Shown here piece after piece: positions 20,546 through 28,570 of a stretch of 52,217 nt of DNA. This DNA is from a virus (taxonomy: Duplodnaviria; Caudoviricetes): positions 1 through 52,217 of IMG/VR virus record IMGVR_UViG_3300020034_000023. One strand, 5' to 3'. The stretch's first letter is position 1. Every line of letters starts with the position of its first letter. The notes under the pieces are model-generated. The model did no database searches, was not told the origin of the DNA, and saw only the letters and a list, made by a program, of their open reading frames with translations. The position numbers were made by a program, and so were the translations under genes.

Positions 20546-22581
20546 GCATCGAAGGCGCGCGAGACATGGCGGAATTGCTCCACCGCTTTGTTCGAGAGGT
20601 GAATATGCGACGCCTCCTCCACAATCTCCGGCTGGTAGTTGGGCTGGTCCTTCTGTTCCTTCATCTTCTCCGGAGCCGACCGAATCCCCGAGGGCATCAT
20701 CAGGATGGGGATCTTGTGCAGGCCCCAGATTTCCCGTCGCATGGTCAGGCCGTAGACCACCCCGGCGAGGGCATCGGCGCAGTCTTTGCTCCCACCCGGT
20801 GGGTGGTCAATCTTGCCAGTCTTCTGGTCTCGTTCGAGCCGGAGAATCTCCTGTTGCACGAGCGGGTGATACGGGAGGTCTACCCGGCCTTCGTAGACCG
20901 CATTCTTCGTAAAGTCGTAGGGGCGCGTCGGGAGTTCATCCATCGACTGCTGGCCGGTCATGAACCCGGCCTGCTGGAGAATTTGCTTACTGTCCGTGCT
21001 CTGGAACTGGTCGAACGTCACCCACCGAATCCCGAGCCCCATCTGCAAGAGCACGAGCAGCACTTCGCGAATTTTGCTGAACATGATTTCGCTATTCTTC
21101 GGGGGTTTGATTTCAAGAATGCCGTCAATCCAGATTTGCGGCATATAGAGCGTCTGGTCGCCGGACTTCTGCACCTCTTGAAACCCCGTGCAGGTGCCGA
21201 CACACAACCCGGCGCTATCCTGCGACTGGGCGAGGTCGATGTGACAGAACCGAGGCAGGTAGGGTTTATGAAAGGCACTCTTCACCAGTGTGAGCCGTTG
21301 CTCCACGAAGTCTACCGGGCTCTGACTGAAGATCGAGATGTGCTCCTTTTTGAAGGCGGCATGCACCTTCGGCACTTCTAAGAAGAACGGGTGGCGCGCA
21401 AGGGTACTGACGCCCGCAATTTCTCGGAGCGCGTTGATGATGTCCTTCTCGAACTCCGAACGAAACTCCATCGGCACCGCCACCACGAGATGGCGATCTT
21501 CATCCGCCACTTCTTCGTCGTTGGTCAGAATGCGGGGCTTGCGCGTCATGTCGCCGCCGAACACGTGGAACCACCCGCGATTGCCGAAGTCACCGGGCTT
21601 GATATCCCACACCCGCTTGTCGTAGACGAAGATAGACGGGTCCGTCTCCGCTTCCTTCATCTTCTGGTCGGTGAACTGGCCGGGGTACTTCTTCGAGCTG
21701 ACGAGACACAGAATACCGGGGAGCTTCCCGTTCTCCATGAACCGCGATTTGCGGCGTCGCGCGATGGAGTTGTACACGAGGATCGCCTGATCGTAGGTGC
21801 CCTTGTCCACCGCCACCTTCGACTTCTCGATCACCGCCATGTAGTTCAGCTCATCGATCAAGCCCCCCATGACGTTCTGACCGATGGCGGCGGTTTCGGT
21901 ACCGGCGACCGGCAGTACCTCTACGCGATTCGGGAACACCAGCTTACTGGTCAATCCTTTGTCGAAGGGGAAGTGGCGATGAAAGTACGGACTCCCCTCG
22001 ATCATGCTCCGGAAGCGTTGGTAGTCCACCCCCTGTGCGAGCGTCTTCGTGATGCTCTGAAACACGAGGAGGATTTCCGAGGAGGGATCGAGTCGAAACA
22101 GCTTATGCGGCGACCGCATGCACGAGAGGAGATAGAGCTGATACGCGTTGGTATAGAGCGCCAACGTGGTCTTGCCCGAGCCAATGCCCCCCGTCATGAT
22201 GGCTTCCACGTAGGTGCCGTTATTCAGCTCCTCCCCGGCCGCCAAGATCGCGGGGTAAATTTCATGCTCTTTGTTCAGGTACTCCGGGGACACGACAAAT
22301 TCACGGAAGCTCACCGGCTGCCACCGATACTGCCCGAAGGTCACCAGATCCTGTGACGCCTGCTCGCCGAGTAACTCGGTCTCGATGCGCAACACGACTT
22401 GGGTATAGAAGAGCGTTCGCTCATTCAGGTCATGAATGTGCTGGCCCGCCATCCACACCGTCTGGGCATCCGCACTCCCGAGCGTGCGACGCAGATACAA
22501 CTGCGTGCGGGCGTGCAGATCGTCCAGCTTGCTGTGATGCTTCTTCGGTTTCGCGATGCCCCGCTTAAAGATCAGGGGCAT
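20542..22581 (-). CDS. terL: Terminase large subunit
   Basis: Walker A GGIGSGKTT, Walker B GLIDE, coupling LVSS, RNase H-like HIDLA...TFDQFQS...DHP..GSKDCADA. Confidence 0.93.
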   Translation of the reverse strand: MPLIFKRGIAKPKKHHSKLDDLHARTQLYLRRTLGSADAQTVWMAGQHIHDLNERTLFYTQVVLRIETELLGEQASQDLVTFGQYRWQPVSFREFVVSPEYLNKEHEIYPAILAAGEELNNGTYVEAIMTGGIGSGKTTLALYTNAYQLYLLSCMRSPHKLFRLDPSSEILLVFQSITKTLAQGVDYQRFRSMIEGSPYFHRHFPFDKGLTSKLVFPNRVEVLPVAGTETAAIGQNVMGGLIDELNYMAVIEKSKVAVDKGTYDQAILVYNSIARRRKSRFMENGKLPGILCLVSSKKYPGQFTDQKMKEAETDPSIFVYDKRVWDIKPGDFGNRGWFHVFGGDMTRKPRILTNDEEVADEDRHLVVAVPMEFRSEFEKDIINALREIAGVSTLARHPFFLEVPKVHAAFKKEHISIFSQSPVDFVEQRLTLVKSAFHKPYLPRFCHIDLAQSQDSAGLCVGTCTGFQEVQKSGDQTLYMPQIWIDGILEIKPPKNSEIMFSKIREVLLVLLQMGLGIRWVTFDQFQSTDSKQILQQAGFMTGQQSMDELPTRPYDFTKNAVYEGRVDLPYHPLVQQEILRLERDQKTGKIDHPPGGSKDCADALAGVVYGLTMRREIWGLHKIPILMMPSGIRSAPEKMKEQKDQPNYQPEIVEEASHIHLSNKAVEQFRHVSRAFDA

Positions 22582-23203
22582 GGGCGAGGGGAATCTTGCG
22601 TTGGTTGAAGATGTCTTCGATGGTGGTGGCGGCTTCGTAGACTTGCTTCTGGATGTTGGTGCCGTCCGGCAGCGTCACACTGGAGGCCGCGCCCCGCATC
22701 GTCGGAACCACACCCCGATACTCATCGAGCCCGAGGTCGAAGCGCACCTTCTGGATATCCTGCAACAGCTTGGAGTAGTCGGCGAACACCGCATTCGTGG
22801 CGGTCAGGAGCGCCGCCATTGGAAACTTGACGATCTTCCCCTTCTCATCCGCCATGGCGGACTTCTCCGCCTTCACCAAATCCATGACCCGCAGACGTTG
22901 GATGTTGGACAGCTCCTCCAGCCGTTCGATGGTGCCATGACTGATCCCGGCGAGGAGCTTGATCTGGGGGGTGGCTCCGGCGACGATCTGCAACGCCACC
23001 TTCTTCCCGAACATCCCTTCCGCCGCCGACACCCGCAACCGGTTCAGTTGCTGCGTGAGGGTCTTCTCCGCGACGTCTTGGAATTCCTTCCACTCCTGTT
23101 GAATCACCCGAGCGGTCCCCATGGCGGACGCGCCGCGCATCAGGTCGTTGATGATCTTCTGAAACTTCTCCGGGCCGAGCGCCTGCAAGCGTTCATAGGC
23201 CAT
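22565..23203 (-). CDS. terS: Probable terminase small subunit
   Basis: Overlaps terL 5' end; helical ~210 aa with N-terminal HTH-like region; positional inference. Confidence 0.6.
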   Translation of the reverse strand: MAYERLQALGPEKFQKIINDLMRGASAMGTARVIQQEWKEFQDVAEKTLTQQLNRLRVSAAEGMFGKKVALQIVAGATPQIKLLAGISHGTIERLEELSNIQRLRVMDLVKAEKSAMADEKGKIVKFPMAALLTATNAVFADYSKLLQDIQKVRFDLGLDEYRGVVPTMRGAASSVTLPDGTNIQKQVYEAATTIEDIFNQRKIPLAHAPDL

Positions 23204-23420
23204 TGGGTAATCCCTCACTCACGAACTGGAACTTCTGCTCGAACGCGACCCGCTCCAGCACACAGTGCCGCACGGTCCCGGCCCACTGGGGCTCCACACG
23301 AAGGGGCACATAGACCACCATCTCCTCTCCGGTGATGTGGTGCCGACACAGACAGCCGAATTCGTACAACTCCCCCACCCCGGTGCGTCCTACAATCTTA
23401 CGATAGACTCCTGTCTGCAT
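23193..23420 (-). CDS. DUF1653-like small protein
   Basis: GVYR....G.LY......H..T.EEMVVY..L.......F..KF pattern. Confidence 0.55.
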   Translation of the reverse strand: MQTGVYRKIVGRTGVGELYEFGCLCRHHITGEEMVVYVPLRVEPQWAGTVRHCVLERVAFEQKFQFVSEGLPNGL

Positions 23421-23431
23421 GGATGCCTCCC

Positions 23432-23462
23432 AAAAGAAAAGGGCGGGCTGTGACACCCACCC
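23432..23462 (-). terminator. Intrinsic terminator
   Basis: GGGUGGGU/GCCCGCCC stem followed by UUUUCUUUU. Confidence 0.7.
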
Positions 23463-23488
23463 CTCTCCCCTACCCTCGAACGAACGAA

Positions 23489-23839
23489 CTAGCCCTCGGC
23501 GGGCGTCTCGGGCGGCACAGGCGTCGGGTCCACCGGAACGTCCGGGGGCGGCGTCGGTACCGGGTTCTGCATGTCCGCACCGATGCCTCCCAGCACCGTG
23601 CTGACCGTATCGAGACTCGCGGCAGCGGAGTCCAGCTTGCTGGTCTCGCTGTCCATCGCAGCCTTGAAGGCCACGAGTTCTGCGGCACTGGGCTTGGTGC
23701 CCAGCTCCTGCACGAGTGCCCAGACGCGAATGGAGACGCCATCCACGTTCGTGGCGACGTTGGCGACCGACGTGCCCAGACGGGTCGTGGCGGCGTCGAT
23801 AGCTCCGAGCGCGTCGGACAATCCTTGATCGATAGGCAT
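23489..23839 (-). CDS. Hypothetical helical protein with Pro-rich tail
   Basis: CAAGGAG SD; 116 aa. Confidence 0.7.
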   Translation of the reverse strand: MPIDQGLSDALGAIDAATTRLGTSVANVATNVDGVSIRVWALVQELGTKPSAAELVAFKAAMDSETSKLDSAAASLDTVSTVLGGIGADMQNPVPTPPPDVPVDPTPVPPETPAEG

Positions 23840-24142
23840 GCTAACTCTCCTTGAAACGAGATACGAACGGGGTGATTACGTACCGGACGCGAGACGTCCG
23901 AGGTTGAACGCCGAGTTGTCCAGCAAATCACAGGCTGCGTGAATCTTCCGCGCATCCTGTCGCAAGATGGTCGTAACGACCGCCACCACCACTCTTGCAT
24001 CCTCGGCTTCCTGCCGAAGCTCTCTGAGCGCAGCCCGATCTTCGGCCCACGCTGCAATGTCGAAGTACGTTGGGGTCACGTCTATGGGCATGTCACCTTC
24101 CTTCCCTGAACCGAACTGAGGATTTCGACCGTGGCTCTATGG

Positions 24143-24168
24143 AAAAAGCTGACCGGGGGAAGGTCAGT
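24143..24168 (-). terminator. Terminator-like hairpin immediately after a promoter
   Basis: CUGACC/GGUCAG stem then CUUUUU. Confidence 0.55.
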
Positions 24169-24213
24169 TGCAATTGATTGCACGAGTGTATCGTTCTAGA
24201 TAGCGTTTGTCAA
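24169..24213 (-). promoter_or_regulatory. Promoter with TGCA-box over the start site
   Basis: TTGACA-17-TACACT; box at 24169-24182. Confidence 0.85.
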
Positions 24214-24422
24214 GTGACAGTTCCATGACGATTAGGTCTCGGGTTCATCCCCTAATTCATGCTTGGCCGTGGATAACCGGGCTTTATAGAACTCGATCTT
24301 CTCCTCTGCCTCAGACTTCCGCTGGGTCCAGATATCAATCACTTCCACGAGCGCGTCATACTCCGAGCCGATCATCCCGTTGTGCAACCGGTAGTGCCCG
24401 GTCGGGATTTTATGAACGTCTG

Positions 24423-24902
24423 TCATGGGCACGCCTTCATCTTATCCGCGAGGTGTTTCATGGAGCCGCGCACGTAGTCTTTCCAGTGAATCCACACCCC
24501 CTCGTGCCAGAAGCCCCACTCCCGTGTGTGCCGACACACAATCACCAACGTCCAGCACGGCACCCGGTCCTCATGCAGCGTGATGCGATGCACGTGATGG
24601 GCCGGGAACGTCCGCAGCCATGGCGCGCGATACTCCCGCACGCACAGGAATTCGGCATCCACTCTGGGCGTGTACTCCAGATACCGGCCCTTCAGTCCAA
24701 GGGAGATGAATCGCTTCGGATGGTCGTGCAGGTCGAAGCTCCAGTCATCACCCACAAATTTGTGGACGTAGATCCCGAACCCCCGCCACAGCCCCTTTGG
24801 CCATGACGGTTGGAAGAGGGTCCACCGATACAGGTAGGTGGGGCACCGGCCGTTGCCGCTGATTTCTTCGAGCCGGAACCACCGGTCAATCCAATTCGAC
24901 AT
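24423..24902 (-). CDS. Cupin-fold phage protein
   Basis: YLYRW, HKF..DD...LHDHP..F.S..L.G.Y.E, H.HRI, WTL. Confidence 0.7.
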   Translation of the reverse strand: MSNWIDRWFRLEEISGNGRCPTYLYRWTLFQPSWPKGLWRGFGIYVHKFVGDDWSFDLHDHPKRFISLGLKGRYLEYTPRVDAEFLCVREYRAPWLRTFPAHHVHRITLHEDRVPCWTLVIVCRHTREWGFWHEGVWIHWKDYVRGSMKHLADKMKACP

Positions 24903-25239
24903 AGACCTTCCCCGTGTTGGTCTCCACCTGAATCGCGCGGTCATCCCACAACGCGATCATACTGAAGTCCTTCGTGGCGGTGACGTCGAGCTTCTGTCCT
25001 AGATGCTGCTCACACCACGCTTCGATGATCCCGCGCTGGATATCGCCGTCCGTGGAGCTGCGTTGCGGGCCGACCCGTGCGGTGAAGATTTTGACCGTCT
25101 GGCCTTCTTCGAGCCACTTCTTCACGCGGTCCAGCATCAGGGGGATGGGCTCCCCAACGCCCCCGTCCTTCGGCCATCCCTCGTAGTGCGCGAGGGTGCC
25201 ATCAAGGTCCACTCCGATCCACCCGCTATTGGCTGTCAT
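24886..25239 (-). CDS. HAD-superfamily phosphatase
   Basis: VDLDGTL, IFTAR, K..., WDDRA. Confidence 0.88.
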   Translation of the reverse strand: MTANSGWIGVDLDGTLAHYEGWPKDGGVGEPIPLMLDRVKKWLEEGQTVKIFTARVGPQRSSTDGDIQRGIIEAWCEQHLGQKLDVTATKDFSMIALWDDRAIQVETNTGKVYVELD

Positions 25240-25268
25240 AACTCCCTTTCCGACGATAGACGTCGATT

Positions 25269-25805
25269 TCAGGCGGAGGAGGCTCCGGTGTTGATCTGGA
25301 CGGGTGCCTCCGCTCCACCGCCGAGAGGCGGGTCTCCACCCGGTACAGATAGAGACACAGGCAAATGAAGCAGATCGCCAGCAACCCCAATCCGAGTAGT
25401 AGTTCCCATGGGTAGGGAGGCATCGGCACGGTGGAGATCGTCACGCTCTTGATCATGGAGTACCGCCACGCCTCCCATGAAGCGGATGCGCTTCTGCAAC
25501 TGACTCGCAATCTGTCGCTCGGCGGTGAGCCCTGCCGACTCCCGCCAACCGGGGAGCATCAGCACCCACAGCTCGTCGCACGCCATGATCATGCGGGTAT
25601 CAAACTCCCGCCAATACTCCCACCCGGTAGGAAGGTCACCTTGCTGGGCGATGCAGTGCGTGTGCGCGATGGGCGAGAAGACGAACATCCCCTCGGCCAT
25701 CAGCTTGGACGCCACATGACACACCGCTCGAAACCGAGCTTCTCGAATCGCCGGATCGAGATGCGAATACGGCGACGCCAGATAAATCAGCGACGGTTTG
25801 CTCAA
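25269..25805 (-). CDS. DUF1937 / nucleoside deoxyribosyltransferase-like protein
   Basis: IYLASPYSH, FSPIAH.H, CDELWVL.LPGW..S.G...E. Confidence 0.85.
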   Translation of the reverse strand: MSKPSLIYLASPYSHLDPAIREARFRAVCHVASKLMAEGMFVFSPIAHTHCIAQQGDLPTGWEYWREFDTRMIMACDELWVLMLPGWRESAGLTAERQIASQLQKRIRFMGGVAVLHDQERDDLHRADASLPMGTTTRIGVAGDLLHLPVSLSVPGGDPPLGGGAEAPVQINTGASSA

Positions 25806-25814
25806 TAGCCACTC

Positions 25815-26405
25815 CTAACCCACCACTTGCCCGAATTGTTCAAAGACGTACCGAAACTTCGCGTTATCCCGCTGATCGCCCCCGTAGGCGATGTAATTGG
25901 CGTGTGATGGTGAGCTTTTCTTGTTAGGGGTCTTGCCCTCTTTCAACAATTTGGCTATTCTAGCAGCTTTTTTAGCTTCATTCTCCACAAAGGGGATGCG
26001 CTTGCGTGGGTAACACACCATGAAGTCGAGCGGCGTGATGCCGGGACTACAGATTTGCAGCGTCTGTAATTGCTCCAGTGAATATCCGATCCAGACGAAT
26101 TGATGAATGGTGGGCAGCTGCCAGACGAGCTTCCTCCAAAACAGGCACACGAGTTCACCCTTCCCCGGTGGGTTGATGAACACGTTGCCGCCCCATGGCA
26201 GCTCTAACCCGTTATCCTGCTCCGTATAGAAGAGAGTCGCCTTGACAATCTCGTTGGCTTCCGCATGGGACGCGGGGTCCAGATCGATAGAGCCCATGAC
26301 GGTGCGTGCCGCCTCCACATAGGGACTCGGGGTATACCACTCCGGGGAATCCTGTGCATGGAGGATGTTGAGCGGGGTGCTGGGCACCTTCCAAATCAGA
26401 CTCAT
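25815..26405 (-). CDS. Phage DNA N6-adenine methyltransferase
   Basis: EWYTP, IDLDPAS, W.G.VF.NPP(G). Confidence 0.85.
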   Translation of the reverse strand: MSLIWKVPSTPLNILHAQDSPEWYTPSPYVEAARTVMGSIDLDPASHAEANEIVKATLFYTEQDNGLELPWGGNVFINPPGKGELVCLFWRKLVWQLPTIHQFVWIGYSLEQLQTLQICSPGITPLDFMVCYPRKRIPFVENEAKKAARIAKLLKEGKTPNKKSSPSHANYIAYGGDQRDNAKFRYVFEQFGQVVG

Positions 26406-26595
26406 GCTCTTGCCACCCGAAACACGCGCAACAATTCCGGCAGCGACCACCAGTGGCGCGCGGCCAATCGAATCATGTCCACCGCGAGGGCTTCATCCAC
26501 ACGGGGGTCAGACGTTAATTCTTCGAGGGTGATTTGAATGCTCTGCGCCGTATAGGGCGTTTCTATCGCTAACTCTTTCGCGCGCAACGAAATGG

Positions 26596-26817
26596 TCACA
26601 CAATGCCACGAACGGCGACTCCCCGATTGAGTGTGGCCTTGGCCACGAAGATTTCACGGATACCCGCCTGCTGATCTCCACACGGGGGGAGGACATCGAG
26701 CGCCACCTCGGCGAAGGCGATGGCTGCCGCTTCGATGCGCGCGTACTTCTCTTGCTGCACCGGGTCGAGCGAGTGATACGACATCGTGGCTTTGAGGTTG
26801 TCTTTCGTGACCGGCAT
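26596..26817 (-). CDS. Acb2/Tad1-like helical-hairpin protein (putative cyclic-nucleotide sponge)
   Basis: YH....Q..KY..I...A..FA......P...D....IR......N..VA pattern; TAAGGAG SD. Confidence 0.6.
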   Translation of the reverse strand: MPVTKDNLKATMSYHSLDPVQQEKYARIEAAAIAFAEVALDVLPPCGDQQAGIREIFVAKATLNRGVAVRGIV

Positions 26818-26827
26818 GAGACACTCC

Positions 26828-26908
26828 TTAGCGTAGTAACGTGGCAATCAGCCAACCCACGGCAAACACACCGGGAATCAGCAGTAAGAGCCAGTCATCC
26901 TTCTGCAT
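26828..26908 (-). CDS. 26-aa hydrophobic peptide (not in the ORF track)
   Basis: MQKDDWLLLLIPGVFAVGWLIATLLR*; its TAA overlaps the SD of the next gene. Confidence 0.45.
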   Translation of the reverse strand: MQKDDWLLLLIPGVFAVGWLIATLLR

Positions 26909-26929
26909 TTCTAGATTCTAGAATCAAGA

Positions 26930-27155
26930 ATCGGGCACGTGCCCACTAGGTGAAGCCGGAGGTGCATTCCACCCACCCACGGAATTGCGGATGACTGGTC
27001 CCCCGGAAGCAGACACGTGCCCAACCGCCCAACGAAGAAGCCATTACAGGCTCGTTCCCACGGCCTGCGGCGATCTTGGGTAGGGACGGAGACGCCACAC
27101 CTCTCTCAGTCAAGTCTGACGTCTCCGCCCCCGACTACCCGCACCCCGTCTGGAC
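26930..27155 (-). ncRNA. Structured RNA A
   Basis: Stems UUGGGCACGUGUCU/GGGCACGUGCCCGA and GGAGACGUCA/UGGCGUCUCC; motifs shared with RNA B. Confidence 0.6.
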
Positions 27156-27442
27156 TAGCTCTGGAGGGCGATCAGCCGACGCCCGCCATTGATATCGTCA
27201 TCGATCTTCACGTCCGGCACGAAGCACACGGCTTCCGCCACTTTGTCATGCTGTTGGGTGGTCACCTGTACGAGACACCCGACACCGGGGATCTCCAGTG
27301 CCTTGGTGCTCTTCATCCAGCCTTCCGCCTGACTGGACGCCTTGCACAGCAACCGCCAGAGGTCGCCGTTGCCCACCACCTTGATGTCCCCGACCTTCTG
27401 CTTCGCTTCTTCAATGTTCACGTTATCGAGTGTTTTTGGCAT
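27155..27442 (-). CDS. Conserved phage hypothetical protein
   Basis: LLCKASS..EGWMKSTKA.EI...GCLVQV.T pattern; AAGGAG SD. Confidence 0.75.
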   Translation of the reverse strand: MPKTLDNVNIEEAKQKVGDIKVVGNGDLWRLLCKASSQAEGWMKSTKALEIPGVGCLVQVTTQQHDKVAEAVCFVPDVKIDDDINGGRRLIALQS

Positions 27443-27459
27443 AGACTCCTTCTCCTTCA

Positions 27460-27820
27460 GGAAACCGACGACGCCCAACGCAGGGCCGTTCGCTCCGGAA
27501 AAACGACCAAGTAAAACCGGAACTGGCGATCTTGGCACGCAATGGTGAGGATGTTACCCGCTACCGGAACCTACGCCTGCGTGCCGCACCACGTCTGGAC
27601 GTCGTTCTTACAGGCTCAGACGGAGCGCCCCTCACGGAATTGTGAGGCAGCTAATCAGGGGTGATGTGGTTCGTGCTGCATGGTGATGAGCACCCTGATC
27701 CCCCGTCTGAACCATCTGAATAGGCCGACCGAGCAACCGTGGTCTCCCTCACAGGATTATGACGGACACCCGACGCCAGCTGATTAGTACAGCAAACCCC
27801 ACCTGACTTCGGTGCTCGAT
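27460..27820 (-). ncRNA. Structured RNA B
   Basis: Stems GGUUCAGACGG/CCGUCUGAGCC, AUCAGGG/CCCUGAU, GGCACGCA/UGCGUGCC; no credible ORF. Confidence 0.6.
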
Positions 27821-27824
27821 AGAC

Positions 27825-27944
27825 CTAACGCGATGCCCGCGTGCGCACGTAGTCGCGTTTCTTCTTCCGGTACTGACGTGGGGTATAGAGCCCCACCTCG
27901 GCGCGAAGTGCCTTCTTCAATTGGCGCGCACGCATCCCTCTCAT
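27825..27944 (-). CDS. 39-aa basic microprotein
   Basis: AAAGGAG SD; MRGMRARQLKKALRAEVGLYTPRQYRKKKRDYVRTRASR*. Confidence 0.5.
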   Translation of the reverse strand: MRGMRARQLKKALRAEVGLYTPRQYRKKKRDYVRTRASR

Positions 27945-28102
27945 CGGGCGACTCCTTTGAGCGTTTTCTTCTTGGCCTGCCCACCCTTGCGGGCGATGGC
28001 TGATCGTTCATCAGCGGTCAACCGGGCTGCGCGTGCTTTGCCCCCTGCTTTCCCGCCACGGGCACACTCCTCCCGCGTAGGAAGGTAAGCATTTTCACGC
28101 AT
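27941..28102 (-). CDS. KGG-repeat-like microprotein
   Basis: ARGGKAGGKARAARLTADERSAIARKGG; start uncertain. Confidence 0.55.
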   Translation of the reverse strand: MRENAYLPTREECARGGKAGGKARAARLTADERSAIARKGGQAKKKTLKGVAR

Positions 28103-28146
28103 TTGTCAAGTCTACCACACCTGCTTGACTGGTGCAACTGAGTGCA
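28082..28146 (-). promoter_or_regulatory. Promoter with TGCA-box 23 bp upstream of -35
   Basis: TTGACA-16-TACCTT; box at 28133-28146. Confidence 0.65.
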
Positions 28147-28570
28147 ACGAATAGGGTTACGCCCCTACCTCAGAGCAACAGGGCCAGCAACTCAATCACG
28201 CCCACCAACACGAGCAACGCCGTCAACAGGCGACGCTCATTGGGCGTGAGGTTATTATGGTCGTACATCAGGCTCGCGTGTAGTCCAGTTCCTGCTCCAC
28301 CAACACCACGGTGAGGTTGCCGCACTGCGGGCACTTCTGTCTGATGGGTGCCCATTGGAGCCACGCACACCGCCGACACGAGAGCAGCACGCCGTGTCTC
28401 AGGTCACCGCTGGTGATCCGAGCCTCCGTGGAACGCGGGGCCGGAGCTGACCCGTCGCTCGTCACAGGTTTCGTGGGGAACACCAACACGTCGGCCATGC
28501 GAATACCCTAACTCAAAGAAGCCTGCGCAGATCAGTATCTCGATGGTCAAGGCCACGCAGAGCCAGTCAA

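Noticed and set aside
20542-22581. Intein or intron in terL, dnaB or recA; stop-codon recoding
   Set aside because: No intein splice motifs or LAGLIDADG blocks, lengths are ordinary, and genes are intact in the standard code with all three stops in use
27041-27616. Shared GAGCCUGUAA 10-mer in RNAs A and B
   Set aside because: Occupies different structural contexts (hairpin loop versus 3' strand), so it may be chance
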